Below, piece after piece: positions 38,186 to 47,394 of a stretch of DNA of 64,000 nucleotides. The notes under the pieces are model-generated. The model searched no databases, had not been told where the DNA came from, and worked only from the letters and a program-made list of their open reading frames with translations. How positions within the stretch are numbered: position 1 is the first letter of the stretch; each line of letters begins with the position of its first letter. Source of the DNA: Candidatus Enterousia sp. (GTDB lineage Bacteria > Pseudomonadota > Alphaproteobacteria > Rs-D84); NCBI GenBank assembly GCA_045617905.1, contig JAZLJO010000003.1:3988-67987 (forward strand), read 5' to 3'. The position numbers and the translations under genes are program-made.

Positions 38186-38247
38186 TGTCTGCGACGCAGT
38201 GGATTCCGGCCTGCGCCGGAATGACGGCACTGGGGGTGAATACGCCA
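38186..38247. repeat. GC-rich REP-like palindromic element (core ATTCCGGC-ctgc-GCCGGAAT)
   Basis: gtctgcgacgcagtggATTCCGGCctgcGCCGGAATgacggcactggggg forms a local GC island in an AT-rich intergenic region. It resembles the ATTCCC-N8-GGGAAT type extragenic palindromes known from other proteobacteria. Confidence 0.5.
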
Positions 38248-38378
38248 TTTACAGACAATTTTAAATCAAAAAACACCAAAATGCCTGACACTTTGCTTGG
38301 TACTTTTTGAATTTATCGCGTTTTTTGTTTATAACTTGTTAATCTTTTAATATAATGTTTACATAAACAGGAAAGACC

Positions 38379-39374
38379 ATGACAGATGTAAATAATCAAA
38401 TTGCTATATATATTGCTGAAAACGGGCAAACACAAATTGATGTTCGTGTTCAGGATGACACGGTATGGTTAACCCAGGACGCAATATCAAAATTGTTTGG
38501 AACGACGATACCTAATATAAATATGCATATTAAGAATATTATATCCGAAGGCGAATTGGACGAAAATTCAACTATTAAGGATTTCTTAATAGTTCGTTCA
38601 GAAGGGAAACGCAGGGTTTCTCGTCAAATTTCGCATTACAACCTTGATATGATTCTGTCTGTGGGATATCGTGTAAAATCTAAAACAGCAACACAATTTC
38701 GTATCTGGGCAACAAAAACATTAAAAGATTATTTGTTAAATGGGTATGTTGTAAATCAACAGATGTTATCCGAACAAAAATCAAAGATGTTAATGTTGCA
38801 AAGAACATTAGATTTAATGAGTCGCAGTATTGAAAATCAAGCACAAACCATTGACCAGGCGCAACAGGTATCACGTGTTCTGAATGATTTTGTAAAAGGG
38901 TTGAATTTACTTGATGATTTTGACCATAAAACATTGGACAACCAAGGAAAAACTGAATCAACTGCAATCGTAATTACCCCAGATGAATTTTTATCCGTGG
39001 TTGATAAAATGAAGGGAAATTTTGCCAGTGATGTATTCGCAAAACCCAAAGATGAAAGTTTTTATAGTTCCATCGGTCAAATATATCAAACATTTGATGG
39101 CAAAGACTTGTATCCAACATTGGAAGAAAAAGCGGCAAATTTACTATATTTAATCGTAAAAAATCACAGTTTTGTTGATGGAAACAAACGTATCGGCGCC
39201 AGTTGCTTTTTATATTTCTTGGATAAAAACAATATGTTGTATGGGAATAATGGTCAAAATATTATAGATAGTGCCACATTATTTGCATTGACATTATTGA
39301 TAGCGGAAAGCACACCATCCGAAGCAGATACCGTTAAACAGGTTGTTATCAGTATATTAAATCGCAGACCATAA
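38379..39374 (+). CDS. RhuM-family N-terminal domain fused to a Fic/Doc-family domain
   Basis: N-terminus IAIYIAENGQTQIDVRVQDDTVWLTQDAISKLFG...SVGYRVKSKTATQFRIWATK (RhuM-like). C-terminus HSFVDGNKRIG fits the Fic/Doc motif HxFx(D/E)GN(G/K)R. Confidence 0.85.
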   Translation: MTDVNNQIAIYIAENGQTQIDVRVQDDTVWLTQDAISKLFGTTIPNINMHIKNIISEGELDENSTIKDFLIVRSEGKRRVSRQISHYNLDMILSVGYRVKSKTATQFRIWATKTLKDYLLNGYVVNQQMLSEQKSKMLMLQRTLDLMSRSIENQAQTIDQAQQVSRVLNDFVKGLNLLDDFDHKTLDNQGKTESTAIVITPDEFLSVVDKMKGNFASDVFAKPKDESFYSSIGQIYQTFDGKDLYPTLEEKAANLLYLIVKNHSFVDGNKRIGASCFLYFLDKNNMLYGNNGQNIIDSATLFALTLLIAESTPSEADTVKQVVISILNRRP

Positions 39375-39595
39375 AAATTTTACCACCAATTTTATATTTG
39401 CAAAATGGTATAATCTAAAATATGTTTATCAATACACAAATGGATTTTGGTGTGTTTATCATTAACCCACCATATAATATGAATTATTGGTTAATGTAAT
39501 ATGCACACAGATACGCAGTGAATTGCCACAGTGATACAAAATTATCATTAAATGGGTATTTAATAAATCACCCTGGGGATTACGTTGGCAATAAT

Positions 39596-39623
39596 AAAAA
39601 ATCCCCCAATTGGGGTTTTTTTT
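39596..39623. terminator. bidirectional rho-independent terminator
   Basis: aaaaaatCCCCaattGGGGtttttttt between convergent genes. Confidence 0.6.
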
Positions 39624-39624
39624 A

Positions 39625-42600
39625 TTATTCAACGGTTAACATAACTGTATCACCATAACCACCGGCCTCGGTCGTGCCGATATAACACCGGATTTTAGAA
39701 CCAATTTCCGTCATAAATTCTTCCCATGCGGCATCTTTGGCCTCGTCATTTTTGGCTTCTTGAATGTTTTCGGCAATTTTATGTGCCGCAATACCAACAC
39801 CAACCGCCCCAACCGTTGCCCCGATTGCCGTACCAAACTGTGCACCGGTTAATTTACCTTTTAATACACCTTTTGATTCAGTAACAACCCGTGAGCAATC
39901 AACACTGGTCGCAAATTCTTTTATCATCTTTGCGGCACAGTCACTAAGAGTAGTAGTAGTAGTAGTAGTAGTAGCACAGCCTTCCCCAGTTTTTGTTGCC
40001 CAGTTTTCGTCGGCTTTGAAAGGTTCTGATAGGCCATTCAAATGATTTTTCACAATACTAATTATGGAGTTAGTATTAACATTTTTTAGATATGATACAT
40101 GTGCTTTACAATCATTCAGATTTTTCGTATCATCCTTATTACTGGTCAAATTTGGTAAAATATCACCGTTTCCGATTTTATTACCCAATACGCCACCACC
40201 GACGCCACCGCCCAAGATGCCGGCCCACGTTGCAATACGACGATTTCTTTTTTGACGTCTTTCATCTGCCGATGATATCGCATCCGAACGTACCGCATCT
40301 TCTATTTTATCCATATCCGCATCTTTCAACCAAGACCCACAGATAAATGCATCACCAACCGCAAAATACCGCGTTGCTTTTGCAGAATTGTCTTCCAAGA
40401 ATTTTTTAATCTTTGGATCGGTTGATGTCATTGTTACACGTACACGGCAAAATGAACCATACAAATCATTCGACGCAATCAATTGTGCACCCTCCAAACC
40501 ATTTGTTGAATAATCGGATGGAACCTTGCCTGATTTCAATTTAGCCCACATATATATGCCGGAATCATTTCCACCAAATGCCCCCACAACACCACCATTG
40601 TTGTTTTTCAAACAAACATTTTGTTCCTTGGTCAATTTGGCGTTATATTTGGCCTGAACCTCTATTTCAATATCGTTCAAAACCTCGGCAAATATGGTAT
40701 TTGCAGCCAATCCCTGTTGATATTCTTCTTTGGTTGCATATTTTTGATCACCCGCACTAGCATCATAATCATCACAACTTTTGCTTTCACCATCCTTGTT
40801 TGTGCAGGCGTATTCTGACTTATCGTTTAATTCAGATATGCCTCCGGCCAACCAACCTTCACGAACTGTATTATTATCCCCCCAACTGTCCGCAGCATTT
40901 TTATTTGCATATGTATCAGAAATTTCCGCCAATTTGATTGCCAAATGATCTTCACATGCGGCATTATTTTTAACCGTATTCATGCACAAACCAATAACAA
41001 TTGTTCGATCCAATACACCGCCAACCTTATTCATGCTGTTATCATATGCCGCTACAGTCGTTTTTGTAATACCAGACATTATGTCTGTACGATTACGATA
41101 ACAATTTTCATAATCATCCCCACACATTGATTTTACACAATTTTGTGCGGTCTTGATACATTGTTTACGTTTTTGTGCAATCGCGGGTGCATTAAACGCA
41201 GATGACAATGATGCATTTAATTTTGCAACTGCACCGATTGGATCAGTCTTATTCGTTTCATCATACGCCGGGAACAGAGTTGCAAACGCATCCGCATCTG
41301 AATAGATATTCAACGTATTTGATGTTATCGTATCACCCAATACCGCCATCTTTGAATATATGCAATACGGATTTGTATTAACAATCGCAGCACAACCAAC
41401 CTGAATATTACCATACGATGCAACATCGTTTATAGATCCATTAATACTACCACTTGTCCCGAATACGGATGCATAGCATGCGGCGCCATTACCGTTACCA
41501 CACGAACGCATTGCACATGATTTAATTGTTTCATAACATTTATTTTTCGCACGTGCATCGAACTCTTCAGATAATTTTTTAATCTTTTCTTTTGCCGACG
41601 CATTCATACGGGTTGCAAACGCTTCGGCAAAAACATCTGCCTGGGCATCTTCATCCAAAACAACCCGATCTGACGGAATTTCGCCTTTGTTTGCCAATTC
41701 ATCATTAAATACTAAATGACAATATTTATTCGTACCAATGACATCTTGACATGCGGAACGAATATACTTAGCAACATCACTGTTTGAAATTGCATCTGTA
41801 AATGCGGCACTGCCCTGTCCCACCACTTTGGACTGATCATATTTTGCCAATATTGTTCCCAGTATATCATCTGACGTTTGATCACCCGCACCGGCAGCAG
41901 TTTCCGCCTGGGCTGTGGTAGTTCCTTCAATACATTTAAATGGATTTTTTGCACATGCACCAATAATACAACTGTCTACAACCTTATAACATGTATTAAC
42001 CGCATTTTTGGCCGCCAACGCTGCTCCATCATCAATCATCTGTCCGATACGGCTGTCTGCGCTGTTTAACTGAACCGTTCCCTTTAATGATCCATCCGGA
42101 TTAATATCAATATCCTTACCAAACAGGGCAATTATCCCTTCTTTGGGGCACCGAACCAATGTCGATGCACAAAATGACATTTGTTTTTTAAATTCTTTTA
42201 TCCCAGTACACAATTCAAAATCCGGCCCACAAACGGTATCTTTGTGAACACAATTTGTATATTTTTTTACACATTGCGATGTATCATAACGATTTGATAT
42301 CGCGCCACCCGCAACACGCTGTCCCATAATACTGGTATCTGTTGGATACGCATATTTGGCATCTTCTTTACCGGCGGTACCACTGGAAACTGTTCCTAAC
42401 GCTGTTACAGAATTCGTCCCAAACAATGCCGTAATTCCATCTGGCTTGCATTGGTACAATGTACTGGAACATTTCGCCATTTGCCCGTGAAATAATTCTG
42501 TTGTTGTGCATTCTTCAAAATTCGTTCCACAGGCATCACTTCCCGTTATACATTCGGTATATGCGTCGATGCATTCTGCATTATCCATCAAATTTGTAGT

Positions 42601-42804
42601 CCCCGTCACCGTCGTTGTAACCGTCGTGGCAGGACGCCCATTTGTGGTTGTATATTTAAACTGATTATTTGGGTTTATAAAATTCGGCATATTTGAACGC
42701 GATGCCACAGTTGTCACAACACTGGGCCGTGCCGTTACAGCAAATACACTTGAAAAACATGCCATAAACGCCAGAAAACTAACAGTTTTTTTCATAAAAA
42801 ACAT
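39625..42804 (-). CDS. large secreted Cys-rich (Cx6C-module) protein with C-terminal glycine-zipper segments
   Basis: Start set at MFFMKKTVSFLAFMACFSSVFA (GGAG 7 nt upstream). Internally duplicated ~55-aa Cys module, poly-Thr tract, and C-terminal GILGGGVGGGVLG and GTAIGATVGAVGVGIAA. Confidence 0.75.
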   Translation of the reverse strand: MFFMKKTVSFLAFMACFSSVFAVTARPSVVTTVASRSNMPNFINPNNQFKYTTTNGRPATTVTTTVTGTTNLMDNAECIDAYTECITGSDACGTNFEECTTTELFHGQMAKCSSTLYQCKPDGITALFGTNSVTALGTVSSGTAGKEDAKYAYPTDTSIMGQRVAGGAISNRYDTSQCVKKYTNCVHKDTVCGPDFELCTGIKEFKKQMSFCASTLVRCPKEGIIALFGKDIDINPDGSLKGTVQLNSADSRIGQMIDDGAALAAKNAVNTCYKVVDSCIIGACAKNPFKCIEGTTTAQAETAAGAGDQTSDDILGTILAKYDQSKVVGQGSAAFTDAISNSDVAKYIRSACQDVIGTNKYCHLVFNDELANKGEIPSDRVVLDEDAQADVFAEAFATRMNASAKEKIKKLSEEFDARAKNKCYETIKSCAMRSCGNGNGAACYASVFGTSGSINGSINDVASYGNIQVGCAAIVNTNPYCIYSKMAVLGDTITSNTLNIYSDADAFATLFPAYDETNKTDPIGAVAKLNASLSSAFNAPAIAQKRKQCIKTAQNCVKSMCGDDYENCYRNRTDIMSGITKTTVAAYDNSMNKVGGVLDRTIVIGLCMNTVKNNAACEDHLAIKLAEISDTYANKNAADSWGDNNTVREGWLAGGISELNDKSEYACTNKDGESKSCDDYDASAGDQKYATKEEYQQGLAANTIFAEVLNDIEIEVQAKYNAKLTKEQNVCLKNNNGGVVGAFGGNDSGIYMWAKLKSGKVPSDYSTNGLEGAQLIASNDLYGSFCRVRVTMTSTDPKIKKFLEDNSAKATRYFAVGDAFICGSWLKDADMDKIEDAVRSDAISSADERRQKRNRRIATWAGILGGGVGGGVLGNKIGNGDILPNLTSNKDDTKNLNDCKAHVSYLKNVNTNSIISIVKNHLNGLSEPFKADENWATKTGEGCATTTTTTTTLSDCAAKMIKEFATSVDCSRVVTESKGVLKGKLTGAQFGTAIGATVGAVGVGIAAHKIAENIQEAKNDEAKDAAWEEFMTEIGSKIRCYIGTTEAGGYGDTVMLTVE
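39949..39972. repeat. trinucleotide repeat (AGT)8, which is (ACT)8 on the coding strand and encodes Thr8
   Basis: Read directly. It lies in frame inside the 1068-aa ORF (CATTTTTTTTLSDC). Confidence 0.95.
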
Positions 42805-42829
42805 CGACTCACTCCATATTTTATGTATC

Positions 42830-42838
42830 ATTATATCA
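42830..42838 (-). promoter_or_regulatory. candidate extended -10 (TGATATAAT) upstream of the 1068-aa gene
   Basis: The minus strand reads cgttttATGATATAATgatac, about 26 nt upstream of ATG 42804. Confidence 0.3.
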
Positions 42839-42897
42839 TAAAACGCGGGGTTAAAAAAGCCAAAAACACAAAATTATTCAGGATTTATTAATGCGTA

Positions 42898-43860
42898 TTA
42901 TCCGATATCATCCAAAATCGCCTGTAATTCCAACATATCTGCAGGCAAACGTGATTTAAAATGCATCTTTTCACCGGTTACGGGGTGGACAAATTCCAGA
43001 TACTCGGCGTGTAACATTTGCCCGTCATGTGTACGCAAAAATTCTAATAATTCAGGATTTTTTACACTGGCCAAACGATTTGTTCCGCGTCCATATAATG
43101 GATCACACAACACCGGAAAACCATGTGCCGATAAATGAACACGTATTTGGTGTGTCCGTCCCGTTAATAACGTACAACGAAACGCAGATACCCCACTGCG
43201 TGTCCAAACAGACATGACATTTACATTTGTTTGGGCCGCCTTGCCCCCAGATTTAACCATTGACATTTTTTGCCGATTACGAGATGAACGTGCAATATTA
43301 CCGGTGATTTCGGCACCATCCCAATTCGGCACCCCCCAAACAAACGCAACATAACGCCGTATTAAATCATGCCGGGAAAATATATCAACCAAACCACGAA
43401 ATGCAGAATCCGATTTCGCAAAAACCATAACACCACTGGTGTCTTTATCCAAACGATGAACAACACCGGGACGAATATCACCGCCCAATGCAGATAAATT
43501 AGTATGAGACAACAAATTTTGAACCAACGTTCCAGTTGTATTTCCCGCCGATGGGTACATAACGACACCACGCGGTTTATCAATTACGATTATATCGTCA
43601 TCTTCATATAAAATATCAAAATCCAAATCAGATGAAGTATTTTCTGTTGCAACCATCGATTGTTTTGATTCAACGACATCAACCGAAACACAATCATTTG
43701 CACGCAATTTTATTGAAAATTTAGCAATATTCCCGTTTACATGGACGCAAAAACGTTGAATCTGGGCACGCGAAAAATCTGGCATCTGCATGGCCAAATA
43801 TTTATCCAATCGCATACCAACAGAATTCAAATCAACCATAAAATCACGTATTTCACCCAT
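42898..43860 (-). CDS. rluD: RluA-family 23S rRNA pseudouridine synthase (RluD-like)
   Basis: S4 domain (GMRLDKYLAMQMPDFSRAQIQRF) and catalytic HRLDKDTSGVMVFAK, plus TGRTHQIRVHL. Confidence 0.85.
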   Translation of the reverse strand: MGEIRDFMVDLNSVGMRLDKYLAMQMPDFSRAQIQRFCVHVNGNIAKFSIKLRANDCVSVDVVESKQSMVATENTSSDLDFDILYEDDDIIVIDKPRGVVMYPSAGNTTGTLVQNLLSHTNLSALGGDIRPGVVHRLDKDTSGVMVFAKSDSAFRGLVDIFSRHDLIRRYVAFVWGVPNWDGAEITGNIARSSRNRQKMSMVKSGGKAAQTNVNVMSVWTRSGVSAFRCTLLTGRTHQIRVHLSAHGFPVLCDPLYGRGTNRLASVKNPELLEFLRTHDGQMLHAEYLEFVHPVTGEKMHFKSRLPADMLELQAILDDIG

Positions 43861-43876
43861 ATCAATATACCCACAA

Positions 43877-44344
43877 TTATTTGTATTCTGACCAATTTTT
43901 AGATTTATCACATTTTGATAAATTAATTTCTATATCACGCCCATTTACATCAACATTACAAACCAACATTCCGGTACTAATCCCCTGGTCTGCATTTTGT
44001 TTTGAATTACGATAGGCAAAATTCAACTGTTTTGGGGGATATAAACATACAATATTTAACGTTCCATCATGCCCCCCGTTTGGTCCAACCCATACACGAA
44101 CACCATACCCCAAACCATAACATGGGAACGAATCCAAATAATATAATTCCAAACCCTTGGCTACCAATTTTGTATCACTAATAAATGTCCCCCGATATTG
44201 ATTTAATTGTAACCCCGTCAAAGCCTGCCAATCCGTACTGGTGGAAAAAAGGCTGATCCGTGATGTTGCCGTATCGGTTGCAGAAAACGCCGCCCTGGTC
44301 ACCATTGATACAATTATTACAAGCAAAAAATATGCACGTTTCAT
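43877..44344 (-). CDS. hypothetical secreted protein
   Basis: Start at MKRAYFLLVIIVSMVTRAAFS (signal peptide), 1 nt after the stop of the upstream gene. Confidence 0.5.
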   Translation of the reverse strand: MKRAYFLLVIIVSMVTRAAFSATDTATSRISLFSTSTDWQALTGLQLNQYRGTFISDTKLVAKGLELYYLDSFPCYGLGYGVRVWVGPNGGHDGTLNIVCLYPPKQLNFAYRNSKQNADQGISTGMLVCNVDVNGRDIEINLSKCDKSKNWSEYK

Positions 44345-44345
44345 A

Positions 44346-44858
44346 TTATTCACCCTGGGTTGAAAATTTAACAATTATCTTTTTAACCTTATCGGCGGGG
44401 CTGGTTAAAACCTGGCTGAATGGAACAGATGTCCCGGCATCAATCAATGTTGCCGATGGAATAAATTTTTGACGTCCAATAACCATGCCATTGGCATCAT
44501 ACGAAATCGCAACCAAATCCGGTGCCCCATATATTTCATCAGATTTATTTTCCACAACCCCCGTCACAATAAATCGTGGTACACCAATCGCATCGGGGGC
44601 CGTACGTGTATCTGTTACACGAACAACCAATGGCTGTTGCATTTTCTTTGCTGAATTATGATTTGTAATCATAACCGCTGCGGCAAAAACCAATGCCGCC
44701 AATGCTGCACACATTGCAGCAAACAATGTCAACACCGCCCCACGACGTGGTGCATGTGTAACATTCCACACATAACCACAAACCGCACACCGAACGGGCC
44801 CCGATGTTGCACCATCAATAGAATATTCCGTTTTACAAAAATTGCATACCGTTTTCAT
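44346..44858 (-). CDS. MJ0042-type zinc-ribbon / DUF3426-like membrane protein
   Basis: N-terminal CNFCKTEY...CAVCGYVW zinc ribbon, one TM helix (LTLFAAMCAALAALVFAAAV), then a ~100-aa beta-rich domain. This is the typical Zn-ribbon plus DUF3426 layout. Confidence 0.65.
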   Translation of the reverse strand: MKTVCNFCKTEYSIDGATSGPVRCAVCGYVWNVTHAPRRGAVLTLFAAMCAALAALVFAAAVMITNHNSAKKMQQPLVVRVTDTRTAPDAIGVPRFIVTGVVENKSDEIYGAPDLVAISYDANGMVIGRQKFIPSATLIDAGTSVPFSQVLTSPADKVKKIIVKFSTQGE

Positions 44859-44878
44859 ACAAACATTTATACCATAAA

Positions 44879-46186
44879 TTATTCTAAATTCAACAAACGA
44901 TATTTTGCACGCACACGGGCCTGAATTTCAATAATCGCATTGGCAAAATCTGCGATTGTGGCATTTGAATTTGACGATACAGATGAAAATATTCGTGTTG
45001 AATCCGATCCGGACACCTGTTCTTGTTTCAAAACCAATGGTGCCATTCGATTCAATTCTGATAATATCATATCATTAAAATTTGCAGTTTCATTATCTAT
45101 GTCCCAATAATAATCTGGATTAATTGAATCAGAAATTTTATTACGAACAATCAACCGTGGGGTAACAGATCCAGAAAAACCAACGGTTACCATCAATGCA
45201 TTTATACGGCCCAACACCATATCCAGGGTTTCATTAATACGCAATATTGCGGGTTTGTCCGAATTGCTGTCAACAGAAAAACCGGGCAACGTTAATTTTG
45301 AAATCCATAAATTTTTAACATTAAAACCGGAAAATTTTCCAACATCTTCTAATTTAAAAGATTTCACAACCTCCATCGACCGTCCATCCGCAGACAACAC
45401 ACCATTTACACTGGCATTTTTTGTTTGATAATTAGAATCAATCGCAGTTCTGTTTTGAAAAACAACCGTATCAACAACACCTGCACCAAATTTTAATCGA
45501 TCGTTTATATTTATCATTGTTGTATTTAATGATAAAACATTCTTTAAATCATGTTGTCCCAAATTTAATGCAACATTCATTGTGGCATCCATTACATCAT
45601 CCGATGGCAACCGCCATAAATATAACGCATTATCTTGATTTACGGTCGTTGTTTTAACAATCCCGTTTAATCCACCAATTCCTAAATCCACATTATCCAC
45701 ACGCCACGTACCATACGCACCATATGTCCGCTTTCCATCAACAAAACCAATATTTTGCCCACCAATTGCAACAATTTCACGGGTTCTGATTGGTGTGATA
45801 TCATCACTGTTATAAACAATCACCCCTTGTAAAGATGCCCGACCATCTGCGGTGCCCGATTTTAATATTCGTAATTGATAATTCGCATTATATTGAATAT
45901 TTATTCCGTATTCAGCCAACGCATCAATATTTACACGTGTGATTGTATTGCCAACCGTATTCAATAAATGTTCACGATTTTCTGCAATATAGCGTTCCAA
46001 TGCAACACGAACACTATCCATCTGTTGTGTAATGGCAATATTTTCTGCACGGCGCACAGTTCTGCGATGATATTGAATAACAAATGGCATTATAACCGTA
46101 ACCAACGCAACACTTAACAATAATTCAATTAACATATTTCCTGAATTTGAATTATTTTTCAAAAAATTAAATTTTTGTTTAATCAT
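44879..46186 (-). CDS. large prepilin-type N-terminal domain protein (P3)
   Basis: MIKQKFNFLKNNSNSG/NMLIELLLSVALVTVIM is a class III signal with Glu at +5. ATGA overlap with P2. The track ORF extends to 46216. Confidence 0.7.
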   Translation of the reverse strand: MIKQKFNFLKNNSNSGNMLIELLLSVALVTVIMPFVIQYHRRTVRRAENIAITQQMDSVRVALERYIAENREHLLNTVGNTITRVNIDALAEYGINIQYNANYQLRILKSGTADGRASLQGVIVYNSDDITPIRTREIVAIGGQNIGFVDGKRTYGAYGTWRVDNVDLGIGGLNGIVKTTTVNQDNALYLWRLPSDDVMDATMNVALNLGQHDLKNVLSLNTTMININDRLKFGAGVVDTVVFQNRTAIDSNYQTKNASVNGVLSADGRSMEVVKSFKLEDVGKFSGFNVKNLWISKLTLPGFSVDSNSDKPAILRINETLDMVLGRINALMVTVGFSGSVTPRLIVRNKISDSINPDYYWDIDNETANFNDMILSELNRMAPLVLKQEQVSGSDSTRIFSSVSSNSNATIADFANAIIEIQARVRAKYRLLNLE

Positions 46187-47394
46187 TGCAAATTCTCCGG
46201 CTGAAATGATTGCCAATTATCACCCATTATGATGTAAAATTCATCTTTGGACGGCACACTTGGGATTTCGGTCCGTGAAAATGTTATGCTGTGAAAATTT
46301 GGCAGTGACGCCGATGGATATACCCAAGTCCCGATTTTCAATGGTGCGGTGGCTGAATTTAGCAATTCTCCGGACACCGTCAAACCAAAATTTTCAAAAA
46401 ACAACAATTGTTCTGTTCGTAAAAATGGCACTGCAACACGATTGGCCTTAATACCAGAAAATCCGGAAATTGTTCGAACATAATCAGATTTAACAACAAA
46501 ATCTTTAGCAACATTTAATGTTTCTGAAATATTTGCACGATCTGCAATAACACGTCCAAATGTTGTATAGGTATTGCCGTTCATATTATCTGCATATATA
46601 TTGCGAAAACCAGACACATCACCAGAGACACGAATATTTTCAAATTGTGCATTTCCACCCTCTAAATTGGCACCTGACGAAAAATGTACCGTTCCCGCGA
46701 CCAATTCATCTGTTTCGACAAACGTTGTAATTGCCCCCTTGCCAAGAACACTTTTGGCATCAATTTTTCCAACATTTTCAATATTATGCCCAGACATATT
46801 CAAATCACGTTGCATAATATTTAAATCCAAATCACCAGATGCCGTGCGGTGCAAATAACGCGACGAATCTATTTCCGAAACATCGCGTGATATTTTGTAA
46901 ACTAAATATCCTGGTTCAAAATTTGGTACTGCAACCGCCCACGTATTTCCATAAACAATTCCATCCGTCATCACAACCGCTGCGGCTTCACCAATATGAC
47001 GTGCAATTTTATTTGCACGCACATAATTATCATCAATATCAAACGCTAAATAAACATCTGTAACAGATGAACCATTAACTTTATACTTATCAATAAATCC
47101 TGCAACCGCATCACTGGACATATTTTTTAAATCATCTGACGATAAATTTATTTGTGCCACATCAGGCCATGATTCTTGATTAAAACGAATAAAATTCAAT
47201 ACATTATCACGACTGGATACAATTTGATTGGCAACCGCTACATCACGAACAGCATCGTTGGCCCGTTGCATCTGACCATATAAAAACGGTGTTGCCATTG
47301 CAATAATCGCCAACGACAAAACTACCTCAGTCATAGAGGCGCCAAATTCCTGATTAATAAAAACAAATTTATTAATTACAGCCACTTTTCCCAT
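46183..47394 (-). CDS. large prepilin-type N-terminal domain protein (P2)
   Basis: MGKVAVINKFVFINQEFG/ASMTEVVLSLAIIAMATPF, with Glu at +5. Confidence 0.7.
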   Translation of the reverse strand: MGKVAVINKFVFINQEFGASMTEVVLSLAIIAMATPFLYGQMQRANDAVRDVAVANQIVSSRDNVLNFIRFNQESWPDVAQINLSSDDLKNMSSDAVAGFIDKYKVNGSSVTDVYLAFDIDDNYVRANKIARHIGEAAAVVMTDGIVYGNTWAVAVPNFEPGYLVYKISRDVSEIDSSRYLHRTASGDLDLNIMQRDLNMSGHNIENVGKIDAKSVLGKGAITTFVETDELVAGTVHFSSGANLEGGNAQFENIRVSGDVSGFRNIYADNMNGNTYTTFGRVIADRANISETLNVAKDFVVKSDYVRTISGFSGIKANRVAVPFLRTEQLLFFENFGLTVSGELLNSATAPLKIGTWVYPSASLPNFHSITFSRTEIPSVPSKDEFYIIMGDNWQSFQPENLQ

